This document shows positions 1 through 14,644 of a stretch of DNA of 64,000 nucleotides, piece by piece. The notes beneath the pieces were generated by a model. It had not been told where the DNA came from. It worked only from the letters and a program-made list of their open reading frames with translations, and made no database searches. Numbering within the stretch: position 1 is the stretch's first letter; every line of letters begins with the position of its first letter. Origin of the DNA: Adineta vaga (lineage: Eukaryota; Animalia; Rotifera); the NCBI GenBank assembly GCA_021613535.1, contig CP075492.1:2294001-2358000 (forward strand), written 5' to 3'. The position numbers and the translations under genes are program-made.

Positions 1-1411
1 GGAGTACTGTACAAGAATCTACTCCCATTCGCGTCTTTTTTTTTATAAAAATACCATAGATTGACCAATTTCTAAGAGTCATATCTATCACAAAGGCAAT
101 CAAGAAGATCGAGTAATCTATTTCAATCGTTATTTGGTAAACAATTTTTCACTTTCTCCATTGTGATATGTGACGAAAAATCGGTATACACGCGCTTTTC
201 TTTGCTTGTTATACGGTTATGCTTTAATGATTTTACCGTATTTTTCATCATCTTGACGAAAACGCAAAACAAGCGTATTATAATGCATAGAATGTATTTT
301 ATAACGTTGCATTTTCATCAAAAATAAAATCAATAGTGTCGAAAATAGGTGCTTACCATCACATCGATGTTAGAAAAGATGACGAAATCTACAATTGTAC
401 AATGTGTTCCAATTATTCATTCAAAATTATTTTTATCAGATATACTGATTGCGAGTAAATATTTTGAATAGTTTTTTAATTTACATATAATGTATCATAG
501 CTAAATAATAAAATCTTAGTTTTTTTTAAACGATCCAGTTTGAAAAGTTGTATCCAAATTGGATTGATCCATTTCCGACAGTTTACTACCCTAGCTTTAA
601 TATATGATTACATATATGTTTGAAAAAAAACATTTTCGATAATGTGAGTCTTGCCTTTTGAGCTCGAAAATATTTAATAACCTTAAGTTCCTCAACGATG
701 CGGGATGATAGACAGAAGTTTATTTCACAGATAATTTAATTTTCTACTCTCATAGTAGAGCAGAATGAGATACAGAGTCACTTAAGAAAGAGAGACATAA
801 GTAACCTAAACGGTGAATCGTGAAATCCAATTATCCAAATTATTCCTTTAAGTAACATTGACTAACGATAATTTCCTTCGGTCTTAAGTGCAATCATAAA
901 CTTCGACCTATGATTTATACCGTTTGTCCAATGGAGATTCAGGTTTTCAAAGACGCACGATTGAAAGGAGAAATTCTCTCGCTCGTACTATGATCACATT
1001 CACTATCATTAAACGTAACACTCATCTATAAATTTCATTTTAGTGTTAAGATAAAAACGATCACTGCAGAATATTCGAAAATGTCATCGTTCTCAATGCA
1101 GCAGTCACACACCATGTTGTACGACAAAAATAATTGATTGCCAAGTTGATAATCAAATCACCAACATATATTGTAACGACTACCATCCTGAAGATCATTT
1201 TAAAAGTAATTTCTACCAAATCCTCAAAACAAAACAAATAGAAAATTTTGTGAGTATCTGGTTTACAAACAAAACTTTATATTCTTGCGATGATCATTTC
1301 TAAACCTCGGACCTAAATCATTAAAAATCCGAACTGTATCAGGATAGCAGTAAAAATTTCAGAATATTAACAGTTCACAACTAGCACAATATACACGTAA
1401 AACTCTAAGAC

Positions 1412-1884
1412 GCTTGCTATTAACAGAGGGAAGTGAGGTGTCCATCATTTGTGACGCCCTGGGACTGCTTGCTATTAACAGAGGGAAGTGAGGTGTCCAT
1501 CATTTGTGACGCCCTGGGACTGCTTGCTATTAACAGAGGGAAGTGAGGTGTCCATCATTTGTGACGCCCTGGGACTGCTTGCTATTAACAGAGGAAAGTG
1601 TGGTGTCCATCATTTGTGACGCCCTGGGACTACTTGCTATTAACAGAGGGAAGTGAGGTGTCCATCATTTGTGACGCCCTGGGACTGCTTGCTATTAACA
1701 GAGGAAAGTGTGGTGTCCATCATTTGTGACGCCCTGGGACTACTTGCTATTAACAGAGGGAAGTGAGGTGTCCATCATTTGTGACGCCCTGGGACTGCTT
1801 GCTATTAACAGAGGGAAGAGTGGTGTCCATCATTTGTGACGCCCTGGGACTGCTTGCTATTAACAGAGGGAAGAGTGGTGTCCA
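1412..1884. repeat. Tandem array (minisatellite), ~8.6 copies of a 55-bp unit
   Basis: Unit ttgctattaacagagggaagtgaggtgtccatcatttgtgacgccctgggactgc repeats head to tail with period 55 (e.g. 1411 and 1521 are two units apart). Few substitutions, no unique spacers. Confidence 0.97.
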
Positions 1885-2405
1885 GTGGGTGTAGATGTGG
1901 GTGCGGGTGAAGCGAAGAGTATTACCTACACTCACACCTATACCCACACCCACTTACCCACGCACTAGCTACGACAAGAATACAACAGATATGGCAAGGA
2001 AATGATATTTTTACATTATACAAGTTAAAGATCACAAATAATCAATATAGATTTAAAGAAATACAAGTAAATATTATTAACAGATCTAATAAGAAAACTA
2101 TTTCTTACAACAGATGGCTGAAGGACAACAGGTGTTAAAAACATCTTCAAGGCAAAATATATACTAATACAACAAATATGATAGAGAAATGATGTATGAC
2201 GATATATAATATACAACAAGTAGTATACAGTGAGTATATGTTATAGCAATTTTTAATACAATAATACATAGAATAGAGATCATGAAAAGAAGATTTGATT
2301 TTGTATGTTAGGTGCTTAAATATGAAGAAGACTATTCGATGTATCAATACTAGGAAAATGAAGATATTATAGAGCATGATAATAATAAAAGAAATATATA
2401 CATAT

Positions 2406-5400
2406 CGACCTGTCCACGTAACGGTCCACCAGTGTGAGGAAAACTGATATATGCAATTCGACAAAACCAATATATGCATCTTGTAGAGCATCATCGATAA
2501 CATCGGAAAGTGCATTTTTTTAACTCAATGGATGTATGTTTCTTTAAGAAAAACTTGGTGGTATGAGATGTACTCGAAGGACCACTTACAACTAGGAAAT
2601 ACGTCTTGATTATGTTCTGTTTTTTTTAACAGATGTTATTGTTTCTAAAGTTAATTATGTAACGCACATACTACTTACATGGACCCTTCATTTATGTCAT
2701 TAAATCTGAGATTCATCGTTTCTCAAAAAAAATATTTGCTTTGATAAAGTAGCTCATTTCTCTGTGTGATTCCGTCACGGAAAATACTCTGTAATTCTTT
2801 TTCTGCCTTATGTAGGAAAGTTTCGATTTAATCGATATATGCTCCAACGCTAGTTTTTCATGCTCTATCAGATGCACTACATTGATTTTTAAAAATCGTT
2901 CGAGTTACTTTGAACGAGCGTGACGGAATCACCAATGACTAATCAATGTTTTCACCTGAATTAGAAAAAAACGATTTTTTCGTATATCATCATACTAATT
3001 AATACTCAAGGCGTGGAGAAGATTCAAGCATCTAATTGATCAATGTGAAAAGTTGCTTTGTGACAGTTATTATGTCATCAAAACATTTGCTTTCAAGAAA
3101 TAAACGCATAACTAGCAACAACTGATATTAGCAACTTTGTTGTCTTCGTTCTATTCTATTTTCTAATATTGAAATAGATCTACCAATCACATAATACTAG
3201 TTTATTCGTTTCTTTCTGTTTTCTTTATTAATTAACCAATACTATTCAAACATACAAGAATATACAAGTGATTGGACCGTTGTATGATTCAAAATTAAAA
3301 TACGAATTCTGTTATAATTTTAGATGAGAAATAAGTTTATTCATATCGATGTATCATTTCTATAACTATTATGTCTAACACATTTTAAAACAACTGAAAT
3401 TATATTCGAACTTTTCAAAAAACGTGTACATATCAGATTTTACTTTGATTTTTTTCCAAATATAATCAATTAATTTTGTCTTAAAATGGTTTTAACAGCA
3501 GCACAACGAGCAAAAAGATATAGAGATAAATTAAAACTTAATCCAAATAAATATCAAGAATTAAAAGAGAAAGACCGTCAACGAAAAATTCGGAAACGAA
3601 CATCGATGACAAATCAGGAAAAAGAACGATATTGTCAAGATCATCGAGAAGCGCAAGAGCGCCACCGGAAAAAAGTAAAAACTACAGTTATAAATGGAAC
3701 CGCATCAAAGTAATTCTAATCAAAAGCTGTTTTTCTAAGTTAATTTTTCTCTTTTAGTTCTGCATATAAAACAAAACAAACACTTGCAAAAGCTGTGAAA
3801 AAGGTTTTACGTGTATTACCGAATACTGTGGATAAGCAAAAGCAAGTATTGCAACGTGTTAGTGAAGATTTAGGTATAACATCAAAAAAGAAACATGTAC
3901 GAATACAATCACACATACATCCTTCAATTGCAAAAATGGTACAAGATTTTTATAAATTAGATTCGATCTCATGGCAAGCACCTGGCAAACGTGATGTTAA
4001 AGTTGTTAAAGAAAATGGGGTTAAAGTGAAATATCAAAAAAAGCATTTATTATTTAATATACGCGAAGTATATGAGTTGTTCATGCAAGAACATCATAGT
4101 AAGTAGACAAACCGACACTTTGAAATTTTATTAATGATATTAAAATAAACTCAAACAAATTTCTTTTCAGTGGAATTGGGTTGCTAAATATACAAAAAAA
4201 ATTTATCATCTATTATTTACTATCTTTTTTGTAATTTCTACATTGAAGTTATTTTATTTTTCATAATATAGATGTATCAATTAGCCGTTCATCGTTTGCA
4301 AAACTACGGCCAAAATACGTTTTGTACCAACGAACTCTAGCACATAGAGCTTGTTTATGTGTGATACATGAAAATACTAATCTTATGATAAATGTATTAT
4401 CAAAAGAAATCAATGGTTTACGAGATGATTTGCGTGAGTTCACATCGAAAATGGTATGTAAAGACGATAATGAAGCTTGTATGATGTCTAGGTGCCAACA
4501 TTGTAAACAAAATTTTAAAAATCATATCATGCAAAATATTTTGGACAAGAAAAAATCAATCAAATGGTATCAGTGGATTACGGATACTGGTCGAGTGGAG
4601 AAACAAGAATTTTCAGGTAAAAATAAACTTTTTATTTTGTTCTTCAGTAGGTGTGTATGACACTTTTTTTTACAGGAACAGTGCTTCAATGTGTTAAGGT
4701 CTTACAAAGCAAAATATCTCAATATCTATGTCATGTATTCATAAAACGAAAACAAAGCACGTATTTCGAGTATATTAAAGACAATGCAGATGATTCAGTT
4801 GTAGTGTGCCAGGTGGATTATTCAGAAAATTTTACCCTTCAACATCAAGATCAAATACAATCAGCTCATTGGTCCAAGAAGCAGGTGTCTTTATTTACAG
4901 CATATACATGGATGGGTGGTAGTGATGGTGAAGGTTTTTCATTCGGTTTTGTCTCAAACTCGACAGACCACGATAAATATTCGGTCATTACTTGCTTGGA
5001 GATTTTGATTGGAGAAATTACGAGTATTATGCCTGATGTTCAAGAAATTATCTTCTTTTCAGATGGTGCTGCGTCTCAATTTAAAAATCGTTTTATTCTA
5101 CACCACTTAACAACTATGATGGACAAAACGGACATCAATATCAGCTGGAACTACTTTAGTTCATCACACGGCAAAGGAGTTGTTGATTCAATTGGTGGTA
5201 CTCTTAAGAGACTCGTTTGGTCTGAAATTTTAGCTGGTGCTCGTGTTACATCTGCTAAAGATTTTGTTGATATTTGTCATCGAAAGACAAAAACAATTAT
5301 TGTTGGTCTTGTACAACAAGCTCAATTCGATGTAACTCGTCTATTACTTGAAAAATCATTCGAAAAAACTGTTAGCGTGCCGAATATTCGACAACAACAT

Positions 5401-6174
5401 TATATTAATGTTTTACACAAAGATGTTATTGAATATGCTCTGTATTCGACGAGAGACGAAAAGTATGTATTTCGTTTTTGACATTTTTTTGTAATTTTTT
5501 TTCTTAAAAAGTACTTATTTTTATATTATTCGTGTATAAAGATCTTATTAGATAGATTTCATATCCAATTAAAAAACAAACCTATGTATATACTTATTTT
5601 TATCTCTATTTTTTTGTTAACAAAGAAGTGATGCTTTTGTATTATTACAGGTGTTAGAAATAGTTTTATTGTTTTTTATGTGTCATATGATGCTTCTATC
5701 TTAACCTCCATGAACCTATCTTGATGTTTCGAATAAAAAAAAAATCAGTAAATTTCAACATTTTTAAACTGTGATTCCGTCACGGAAAAAAGTGATTCCG
5801 TCACGAAGCATTTTTCTGACTGTAAAGCCATGTTGTTCTATACTTTAATTTTGTTCATTCCTGTGGGTAGCTAGTCATAGGGGCTATAACTTTTATATAC
5901 AAAAGTTTTTTGTTACACTTACAGTTTCGCTAAACTTTTCAACTCTTGTCATGGTGATGGAAACGCATTACCATTTTTGCTGATTCCGTCACGGGCATAT
6001 TTTTCAATTTTAAACTTATAAAAGCAGAACGAAATCTGATGAAACTTTTGTGAGATGTAGGGCTAGGTAGCTCATATATCTTACAGAAGTAATCAACTTT
6101 AGCCGATTAGAATGTGCTGAGATATTGAGAAGACAAGAGGAAAAAACGTGATTCCGTCACGCTTGGATAGGTCG
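2406..6174 (+). mobile_element. Sola-like DDD cut-and-paste DNA transposon, apparently complete
   Basis: Imperfect TIRs CGACCTGTCCA (2406) and TGGATAGGTCG (6174), flanked on both sides by ATAT (AWWT, as for Sola1 TSDs). Subterminal motif GTGATTCCGTCACG at ~2766, ~2919 (inverted), ~5771, ~5792, ~5981 and ~6148. Contains a transposase. Confidence 0.8.
3486..5481 (+). CDS. Transposase, ~571 aa, 4 exons (3486-3709, 3758-4098, 4272-4616, 4676-5481)
   Basis: GT-AG introns join the ORF pieces in frame with no stops. Motifs VDYSEN, FFSDGAASQFKN and SSHGKGVVDSIGGTLKR (DDD-type core); Cys-rich CLCxxH/CxxxxCxxC region. Confidence 0.85.
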
Positions 6175-7863
6175 ATATAATAATTAGGACGAAACTAACG
6201 AGAGAACCGATGCAACTGATTAATCGATATATTAGTTAAATATAGTGGACCTAGGGTTATTCACTATGCTGATTCCGAATATCATTATCATATTTGCCGA
6301 TAGGTATCCAGAGACGCGGATTCTGGAAAACTCGTCTCCTATTAAAAAATTTCTTTTTTCAAACTGATTCTTTTGTTGTCCCAGATGATAGAGAATGTCG
6401 AGTAAACTACTGAAACCTATTTTTCGTTCATTGAAAGAAGCTTTGAAACCACAGAAAACTGTTGTTCACTACATAAAAGTGAAAGAAAATATGTATATAT
6501 AAGAAAAAGGAAAAATAGAGATAAAAGAAATGAAACTGATGACTATATGTGCCATCTAATGATCCGGTAAGTGGAAAATAGATCTAGAGGGTGTGGGTGT
6601 GCTCTGTAAAAAAAAGCGTATTTTCATGAACTCTTGCACTTAAATTTTTTTTTGCAACAACACTTCAAGGATATCTCTTGAAAGAAAGAACTAGTGAGAG
6701 GTCTATTAGCTAGTGGGTACATGAGTAAAAAGATTTTTGAAAAAGAAAAGGGAAGAATAGGTTATCTGATGGTTTGTTGATATACGTTTATGCAAAAAAA
6801 CGGTTTTGTAATCTACACTTTAAAGTAGATAGCTCTATGTTCACTGAACAACCGTTTATTTTTCTACCAACATGAGTAGATTGTTTCTTGGTAGTATCAT
6901 TAGGATTTATTGTTCTACGAACAAAGATAGAACCTTGAACGTTACCTCCACACTGGTATTTTGTGCTACGTTTGCAGAGGAAAGGTTTATTGTTCTGCTT
7001 CATAAGGTTGATTCACCCACGTTTTCGAAAAAAGGATTGATTCTTCGACGATCATAATTAATAGGTAAATGATGAATCGAGAGTAGTATTTTACCGTACG
7101 TATTTAGATTATATTATCGTACGCACACAGCAGAAGGGTTGTGTAATATGCGACATTACCATTAATAATCACGCTGGTCAAATAGAAAGGTTGATTATTC
7201 TACAACGTCACCATTGATGATCATACACGTCGAATAGAAGGGTAGATCATTCTACGACATAACCATTGATGATAATACATCTGGAAAAAAAGATTGCTCA
7301 TTCTAAGATTGTAGTTGAACATATATTGTGAATGTATATTGAGCATCAAATAACAATGTATGTTTAGATGTTGATTACTATATACTGATAATAAAAATGA
7401 TCTCAATTTTTAAGATCATACAGATAATATTGATCAATAAAAGTATAGTACTGAAATATCCTCTGGCTATTGAAAAGTTTATTAAAACAGTTTTCTTTTA
7501 ATTCTCTAAGATAATATCATTAAAATATGATATAGATTGATTTCTAGAGTAAATTCGATATAAGATATCTGATATTTTATTAGAGTCATTTCGATGTTAT
7601 ACACTGATGACTCCATCTATCACACATATATAATAGAGATAGGATAAAAAAATACGTATACAGTCCACATAGTCAATTTAGTTGTTTATCTGATGTAACA
7701 GAGAGAGAAAGTGAATGATAAAGGCAATTTTACTGAAAGTTAAAATCGTTTTTTAGAGTTATTTTAATACAATAAGATGAACAATTGAGGATCTGGTGTA
7801 GAAATATAGATAAAATGATTATATTTCCTTTAATAAAATCACGATTTTTATATTTTTAGATTA

Positions 7864-7957
7864 TCTTAAGATTGCATGATGAATTGGTCTTCTCAACAGG
7901 TTCTCCAGTGGTGTCAATCGTTTATCACCGACAATTCAATTTTATCTCGGTTCGAAG
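7864..7957 (+). pseudogene. Isolated SAM-domain-like exon fragment
   Basis: NWSSQQVLQWCQSF...SRFE resembles the SAM-domain start (W...V..W). Bounded by AG/GT; no clear continuation found. Confidence 0.3.
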
Positions 7958-10282
7958 GTCAATTAATTGATTTAGTTATTAAAAACAAACAGTTCTTTTT
8001 CAAAATACGTCGATTATTGTTTTTTCTTAAAGTACCTTTACATCATAGTGTAATAGACACCAACGTGTCATTCAGTACCTTTACAAACATTTGTTTACTT
8101 TCTTTTCACATAGACTACTTTCTCCTTTTTCTTCGTATAGTAAATATGCGTGCGCAGAGGAAAAGAATCTTCATATTTGAATCGGGTCGTATTTCTATTG
8201 GTGTACAATTATTATACCTTACTCTACGTATCATCTCGATTTTAAAGTCGTTTTTCTTCCAAATTATTAAAAGAAAAGTAATTAAAGAGATTAATTAACT
8301 TATTTTTCGATAGTTATCAAATAATTGTTTGTAGAAAAGCTATGTCTTCATTTATTTGTTCCTTATGTTGCGATGTTCATGAATTCTCAACCTTTCTGAA
8401 ATTTTGTCGTCATATACCTTTTCTCTTTGCTGCCGAAGTATTTGAGCCCATCTTGGATTGTTGAATATGATCAAACAATATTGCCGATTGTTCTTTTCCG
8501 GTTGACTCTTATCGATCTTTTGTTCATCACAATCTTCCATCGTGGACGAATTACTATCATCGGAAACATGTGTTGATCGTTCTTTCAATAAATTCATCAT
8601 AATCTGATCTGAAGTCCACCAATCAGATGCCATCAGTGTGTTGTAAATTAATCTAGAATATTTGAATATAATCATATCATTTCTATATACTCTTCTATGT
8701 TTGCCCTATGTCACAAACTGCCTAGACTATATATGTATTCAATAATGTTTCGAAAACTATAAATATAGATATATATACACAATAGCTACAAGAGATCAAT
8801 AAAAGATTATATACAAAAAATGAATTCACTACATATACATTAAAAATCTGGTCATATATCATGCATATCGAAAACTAAATGAATTGGATATGATTGTCGA
8901 GTATGCCGAAGATACGTTCGAATACTTTGTTGAATTTGATATCGAACTGTATTATATAACAGCCGTTCATGTTCATCTGTAGACGCAGCTCCAAAATGAA
9001 CGAGTACACCTGGTATAAACATTGATCCATGTTGTGACTGATGACAACAAGTCTACATTAAATAAAAAACATAAGAGAGTTTGTTTTCATTTAATAATAC
9101 CTCATCGAATCCTTGATATCGCGCTGTACGTTGTGTCAAATGTGGATAGTTTGTGATCGTAATGATGAAATATGGATATGGCACGTGAATATGTGATGAC
9201 GGACATGAAAAGGCCATAAATATTATCAATACTATTAAAAATCGGTGATCTACAACAAACAGTAATATATTTTTTTTGCTCGACGGATTGATGTTCTTTG
9301 AAGGGTATCACGTATTTTTTCATAGAGATAAGCATAAATACAACAAAGGATAATCACATGCACACATACACCATCAAGATGACGATAAAAAAAAGATTAT
9401 GTTCGATGACGTGATAAATCTATATCAGACATATTGAAGACATATTGAATCGGATAAGATCGTTGAGTTCGAGAAAGATAATCTCGAGTAGCATCTCGTA
9501 ATTCAATTTGTAAGAGTGCAGTTTAAAGTTGTTCACGGTCAGTATTGTATGTTGCTGTATCGCTGCCAATTGTAACACTGTTTCGAAGTATATCATTGTT
9601 CTATAATATATATGTATATATATATATATATATACAATACAGTATGTTCACAATGATTTTTCATTTCAAAAGTATATACTAGCTTAAAGGCTCATTTAGA
9701 TTAAATAATTGAAATCGAAAATAAATGTACTATTCATACAACACACTGAATCTATGGCTAACTTATGTCTTGTAGATTACGTGATAATCAGATACTAGTC
9801 GTTGTAATAACTCTTGATTATTGGTTAAAATAATCACAAATTGTCGTGGCGGATTATTTGTTGCTAGAGAATTTGGTGACGAAGATGATAACGCTGCATC
9901 TGTATTATTACGAAGACGTTTTGATAAAGACATTGATAAAATTGTTTGTTTTTCTTCTCGCTAGTTTTATATCTAGAATAAAGTTTGACATCATATTCTA
10001 TTATGCTAAAAAAAACTTCGTTCGACAGATAGAGATCAATTTATTTTCAAATGTTATAAGACGTTTCATAACATAAAAAAACGTTGTAGTAGCAGTATGG
10101 TTATTCATTCAACGAATAATCCACTGATGATGTTGAACATTTGTCAAGACAATAGGACGAGAACGCTTAGGTTGAGCCTTGCTAGTATCGTTCCAATCCA
10201 TAAAAAATGGATAATTTATAAATTTCTTCTTATTTTTTCGTTGTTCATCAGAAGACCAATTCGATAGTGAAGGATACCATTG

Positions 10283-13200
10283 CAGGGGTGTCAGCGTTCC
10301 TCGTTCCCAAGCGTTCGATTCTCAAGAACGGAACGGATTCCAAACTACATTTTATAGTACTTTTTCGTACATAGTTAAGTTTCTGACACATAGTTATCCA
10401 CATATTAAACGAAAAGATTATCCGTTCTCAGAACGGCGAATGGGGAACGGGGAGTAGCGTTCCCATTCCTAGAACGCGGAACGCCACTTGCGTTCCCCGT
10501 TCTCAGAACGGGAACGCATATTATATTTCAACATTCTACGAACGATGAATATAAAATAAAATTTATATAACTAGACTGTTGGGATTTGAGATCAGTTTAA
10601 TACTGTGAAAGTGATATTCAAGATTTGTAATGTGAAGTTTTCACTGAAAAAGAACAGATGATTAAAATTTTATAATCAAAGTGATGAAAAAATGTCGAAA
10701 ATCTATTTTGTAAATAAAACGAGGTATTGACTCCCTCATAGAATTACGACCACTTAATGTAATATTTAGTTAATTGAATAATCAATACTGAATCAAAAGT
10801 GAAAAAAACATTTTCTCGAAATACAGATCAAATTTCATGTACATGTGTACGAAAGGAAAAAGAAAGAAAGAATGAAAATGAAATGAACAGAATAATTGAT
10901 TATATATGTTTGTTTATATATCCAACGGTATTTTCGTTTCGTTCTGCTCGCTCATTACGGACGGCAATTGAACGACAATTCATTATATATCATTTTGCAC
11001 TTAATTGCCCTTGAACTATATACTTTTTTTTTCACATATTCAACTAAACAAAATAGTTTCTTCTACTTTGCCGAAATAACTTTTCAATTGTTTAATCTTT
11101 TTTTGGCCTTTTGAAAATGAGTGGTAAATCTTCTCATCGTTCACTCTCACGAACATCTTTGATTTCGTCTGAACCTACAACACCAACTACAAGACGACAA
11201 AAATCTCAACAGAGTTTGAACTCAACAATTAAAAAAACTCCCACCAATTCACCAAAACCTGGTAATCGTACATTGAGAAGACTTCAAACCAAAATCAAAA
11301 ACAGTCAAATGGACTGATCAAAATGATTCAGATGACGATCAGCAACATAAAGATAATCAACAACAAAATCAATCAATTAATGAATCATCAAATACTACTG
11401 ATCAAAATGTTTATGAAACTAATCCAGAAGCTATCATCAAATCCCTTTCAATATCCAATCAAGACACAATTATCAATGGTACCAAGAGCCAAATCACAGT
11501 TCCTTCAAATGATGAATCTAACAATGACATTGAAGAAAACGAATCTTATTCAAAGAAAGACAATGAATGTAATGTTAGTCAGAAGAAAATTGGACATCTG
11601 AAAACGAAACAAGAAGTCTCAAAATTATTTCATGAATATCAATCTAACAAAGAAACTTATTATGCTTGTAAATTTTGTCCAACGGTAAGGAATATTTAAT
11701 TATTTTATTGAAAGAGAAAGAATATGTGTAAACTTTCGAAACTGATGAAACACTTTTACGTTGATCAAGTTTATCATTATGAATAAATGATATAAAATAT
11801 TGTGTTTTATGCATCCTTTTCATTTTGTGAAACGAATTATCATGAATCGATGTTGCAGAATAAATCAATAATAGTTTAAAATTCTTCTTTCCTAACAATC
11901 AATCGTCTTTTTTCCTTTTTCTCGAGAAAACATACGAGTTGTAATTCGTAAGTTCTTATATTTTATATCGGCATACGATCTATTCGATATCATTCTATTT
12001 CATTTCACTTACAATATGATTTAGAAATTGATCAATTATCACTAAATTAGTTTTATAATCTTTATTTGAAAGAATGTTGGCAAGCTTTGAAATAAGCTGC
12101 AAATCGATAAAAATTGAATGTAAATACTAGTTGTAGTTCAGACTATATTATGCATTATTTACAGAAGGTTCTGAGGTTTCTATTGAACTTTCCTATACGT
12201 GAAACAAATGAAAAAAAGTATATAATCAAGCTGATGTCGAATAAAATTGAACCTTTTGGATTTTACATAAAATTGAAGAAATTTATAAATGCTTTTAACA
12301 TAAGCTATTGATAGTTATCTCGTATGGACATCGAGAGCATTCTAAGACTTCAAAAAAAGGTTTATTCTTATATAAGAAATATCTATATATTACAGAAAAA
12401 GATTAATAAATGATGGGAGTTAAGTACATAATACTAATAATGATTAAATAGAAAACATCTCTTTATTTTTCATCATGAAATTCATTATTATTTTTTTATT
12501 TCACCATAGACAATAAAAAAACAAAGTCGATCAACAGCAAATCTTCGTCGACACGTTGGTTTTGCTCACGGCGAAACAACATATTTGTTTAAATCTCAAC
12601 TTAAACAACGTCGTTCTAATGATTCTTTATTGTCTAATGAATTAGAGAAAAAATTAGATGAAAAACAAGTTAATGCAATAATTCTTGATTCTCGTCCTTT
12701 CGGCGATTTTTCAAAAGAAGGCATGCGAGATTTCCTTGATACTGCCGTTCCTGGTTATAAACCACTTCATCGAACTACCGTGCGAAAGCGAATTAGCAAA
12801 TTATATACGGAACACCGACACAAACTTCGACAAATTTTAGAAAGTATATCGGATTTGGCATTAACAACCGATATATGGACAGACAGTTGACATCGATGTT
12901 TTATTGGAATAACCGGTAATTTTTACGATAAAAACTATAATTTTATTTCGTTAGTATTCAGCTTTCAAATGATTCGTGGTCGACACCTTGCTGTTCGACT
13001 TGCTAAATTCATTAAACATGAACTTCTTGATTTGAATATTCAAAACAAGGTACGATCAATTACAACGGATAATGCACCAAACATTGTGAGTGCCGTTTTC
13101 AAACTTGGTATTGGAGAACATTACTCGTGCATGGCACACAATCTTCATCTTATGGTTAAATCAATATTATTTCCAACAGAGAAGAAAAAGTAAGAAGATT

Positions 13201-14187
13201 TCCATTTTATTATTTATTGACCTAAATTAGATCAACAGGATTCTCGTCAGAAAGTCGAAATGAATTTGTTTTGTTATACATGTTAGGAGCTACTACATGA
13301 AATACATAGATATGAGTTGCTTAGTTTCAAATTTCTGTTACTCATTCATATCAAGAAAAAATCGTAGCTCTAGTCGCATCATAGGAAACTTTGTGCGACA
13401 GTAAGTAGTTGTATTGAGATGTGATAGCGAATATTTTAAACGTTTAGTTTTCATTTTTATATGTTTAATGTGAAAATAGTACATTTTAAACTGGCTAGAG
13501 ACGTCAAGGTAACGATTCTCAGTTAATATAAGATCAGTTTCCACTGAATCTATTATATTTGCAGATACTATTTTAATTGTCAATAGTTAGAAAAGTATCA
13601 TTTTACAAAACGAATTGGGTATTATCTCGTCAATAATATAAACAGGAAATATACCAGACTATTGTAAAAAATGTTTGTTGTTGCTGGCATATAATAATAA
13701 GAAATATGAGCTACATTTCTTATCCATTTTTAAGTCTCAACTTACGCTATTCCCTGTGTCCTCTCGCTTTAGAAAATCATCATCATTTACTTCAGCATCA
13801 ATTACCAATCAACAATCTAACGATCATTCCACAGATGATGATGATGAGTCGTCTAATGATTATGCAACATCCGAAGAAGATTCAACTAACAACTACATTG
13901 ATCAAGGTGATGATACGTCGACTAGTAATTCAGAAGATTCAAGTGCAGAAGAAGAGTATTCAACATCCGAAAGCGAAGAAGATGACAATGAAATTTTATC
14001 AACAGATGCTCCTATTGATAAAACAATTTTACGTATGCGTTGTTTAATCAAAAAGGTTCGATCTCTTATTGGATTGGTACATCATTCCGTTCCAGTAGAT
14101 GAATATGTTCAAGAAGAAGCTAAAATTAAAAATCTTTCAGGTCAAGTAAGTAATCAATACGTAAAAAACTTTCATCTCAAAATATAA
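10283..14187 (+). mobile_element. hAT-superfamily DNA transposon, decayed and 3'-incomplete
   Basis: Left end CAGGGGTGTCAG at 10283 followed by many GAACG/CGTTC subterminal repeats (10295-10520). hAT transposase pieces lie downstream. No matching right TIR found. Confidence 0.7.
11117..14145 (+). pseudogene. hAT transposase pseudogene (BED zinc finger plus N-terminal half of catalytic core)
   Basis: YYACKFCP...STANLRRH (BED finger split by an intron), RPF, LTTDIWTDS*HRCFIGIT (in-frame TGA at 12888), SITTDNAPNIV, CMAHNLHL. Frameshift near 11.3 kb; the C-terminal dimerisation domain is not seen. Confidence 0.85.
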
Positions 14188-14644
14188 AGTATCCCTTATC
14201 TCGATATAATATGATGAAACTTGAAAGTTCGTTCGCTAAGTTGAGAAATAATGTACATTCCTATCTATAATGAAGGGATATTTAGAAATAATATCATCAT
14301 ATAGTCTGATCTGAATTGGATTCTCAGACACCTTAGAAAATTTTTACAAAAATTAATTATTTCTATAATATATGCTATTTGGTAGTAGTTAGAATGTAAT
14401 AGATTATGATATCATCCGATGTTTTAACAATCGACGTAGCTAATCCTTTATTCATAAAATTTCGTGTAGTCAATAGTGAGTTTATTCTAGGTGAATGTTT
14501 GTTCGCTTGATTCGATAGTTTTTAATAATTTTTCATTCTATTAAAAAATTATCAGTATTGAAAAATACCTGTTTTTTGTTGTACAAAGAATACATATGCG
14601 AAAATGATTACGATATCTTTGCATATATATTCTGGGGGAGATAA

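Noticed and set aside
1412-1884. CRISPR array
   Set aside because: Units are contiguous with no unique spacers, no cas genes are present, and the context is eukaryotic.
1750-2515. Short ORFs 1750-1953, 2025-2219, 2147-2515 and similar 60-120-aa ORFs elsewhere
   Set aside because: They derive from repeats or AT-rich non-coding DNA, have no motifs, and many start at TTG/GTG.
8352-9600. Minus-strand gene fragments
   Set aside because: Exon-like pieces exist, but no consistent frame or recognisable domain could be assembled.
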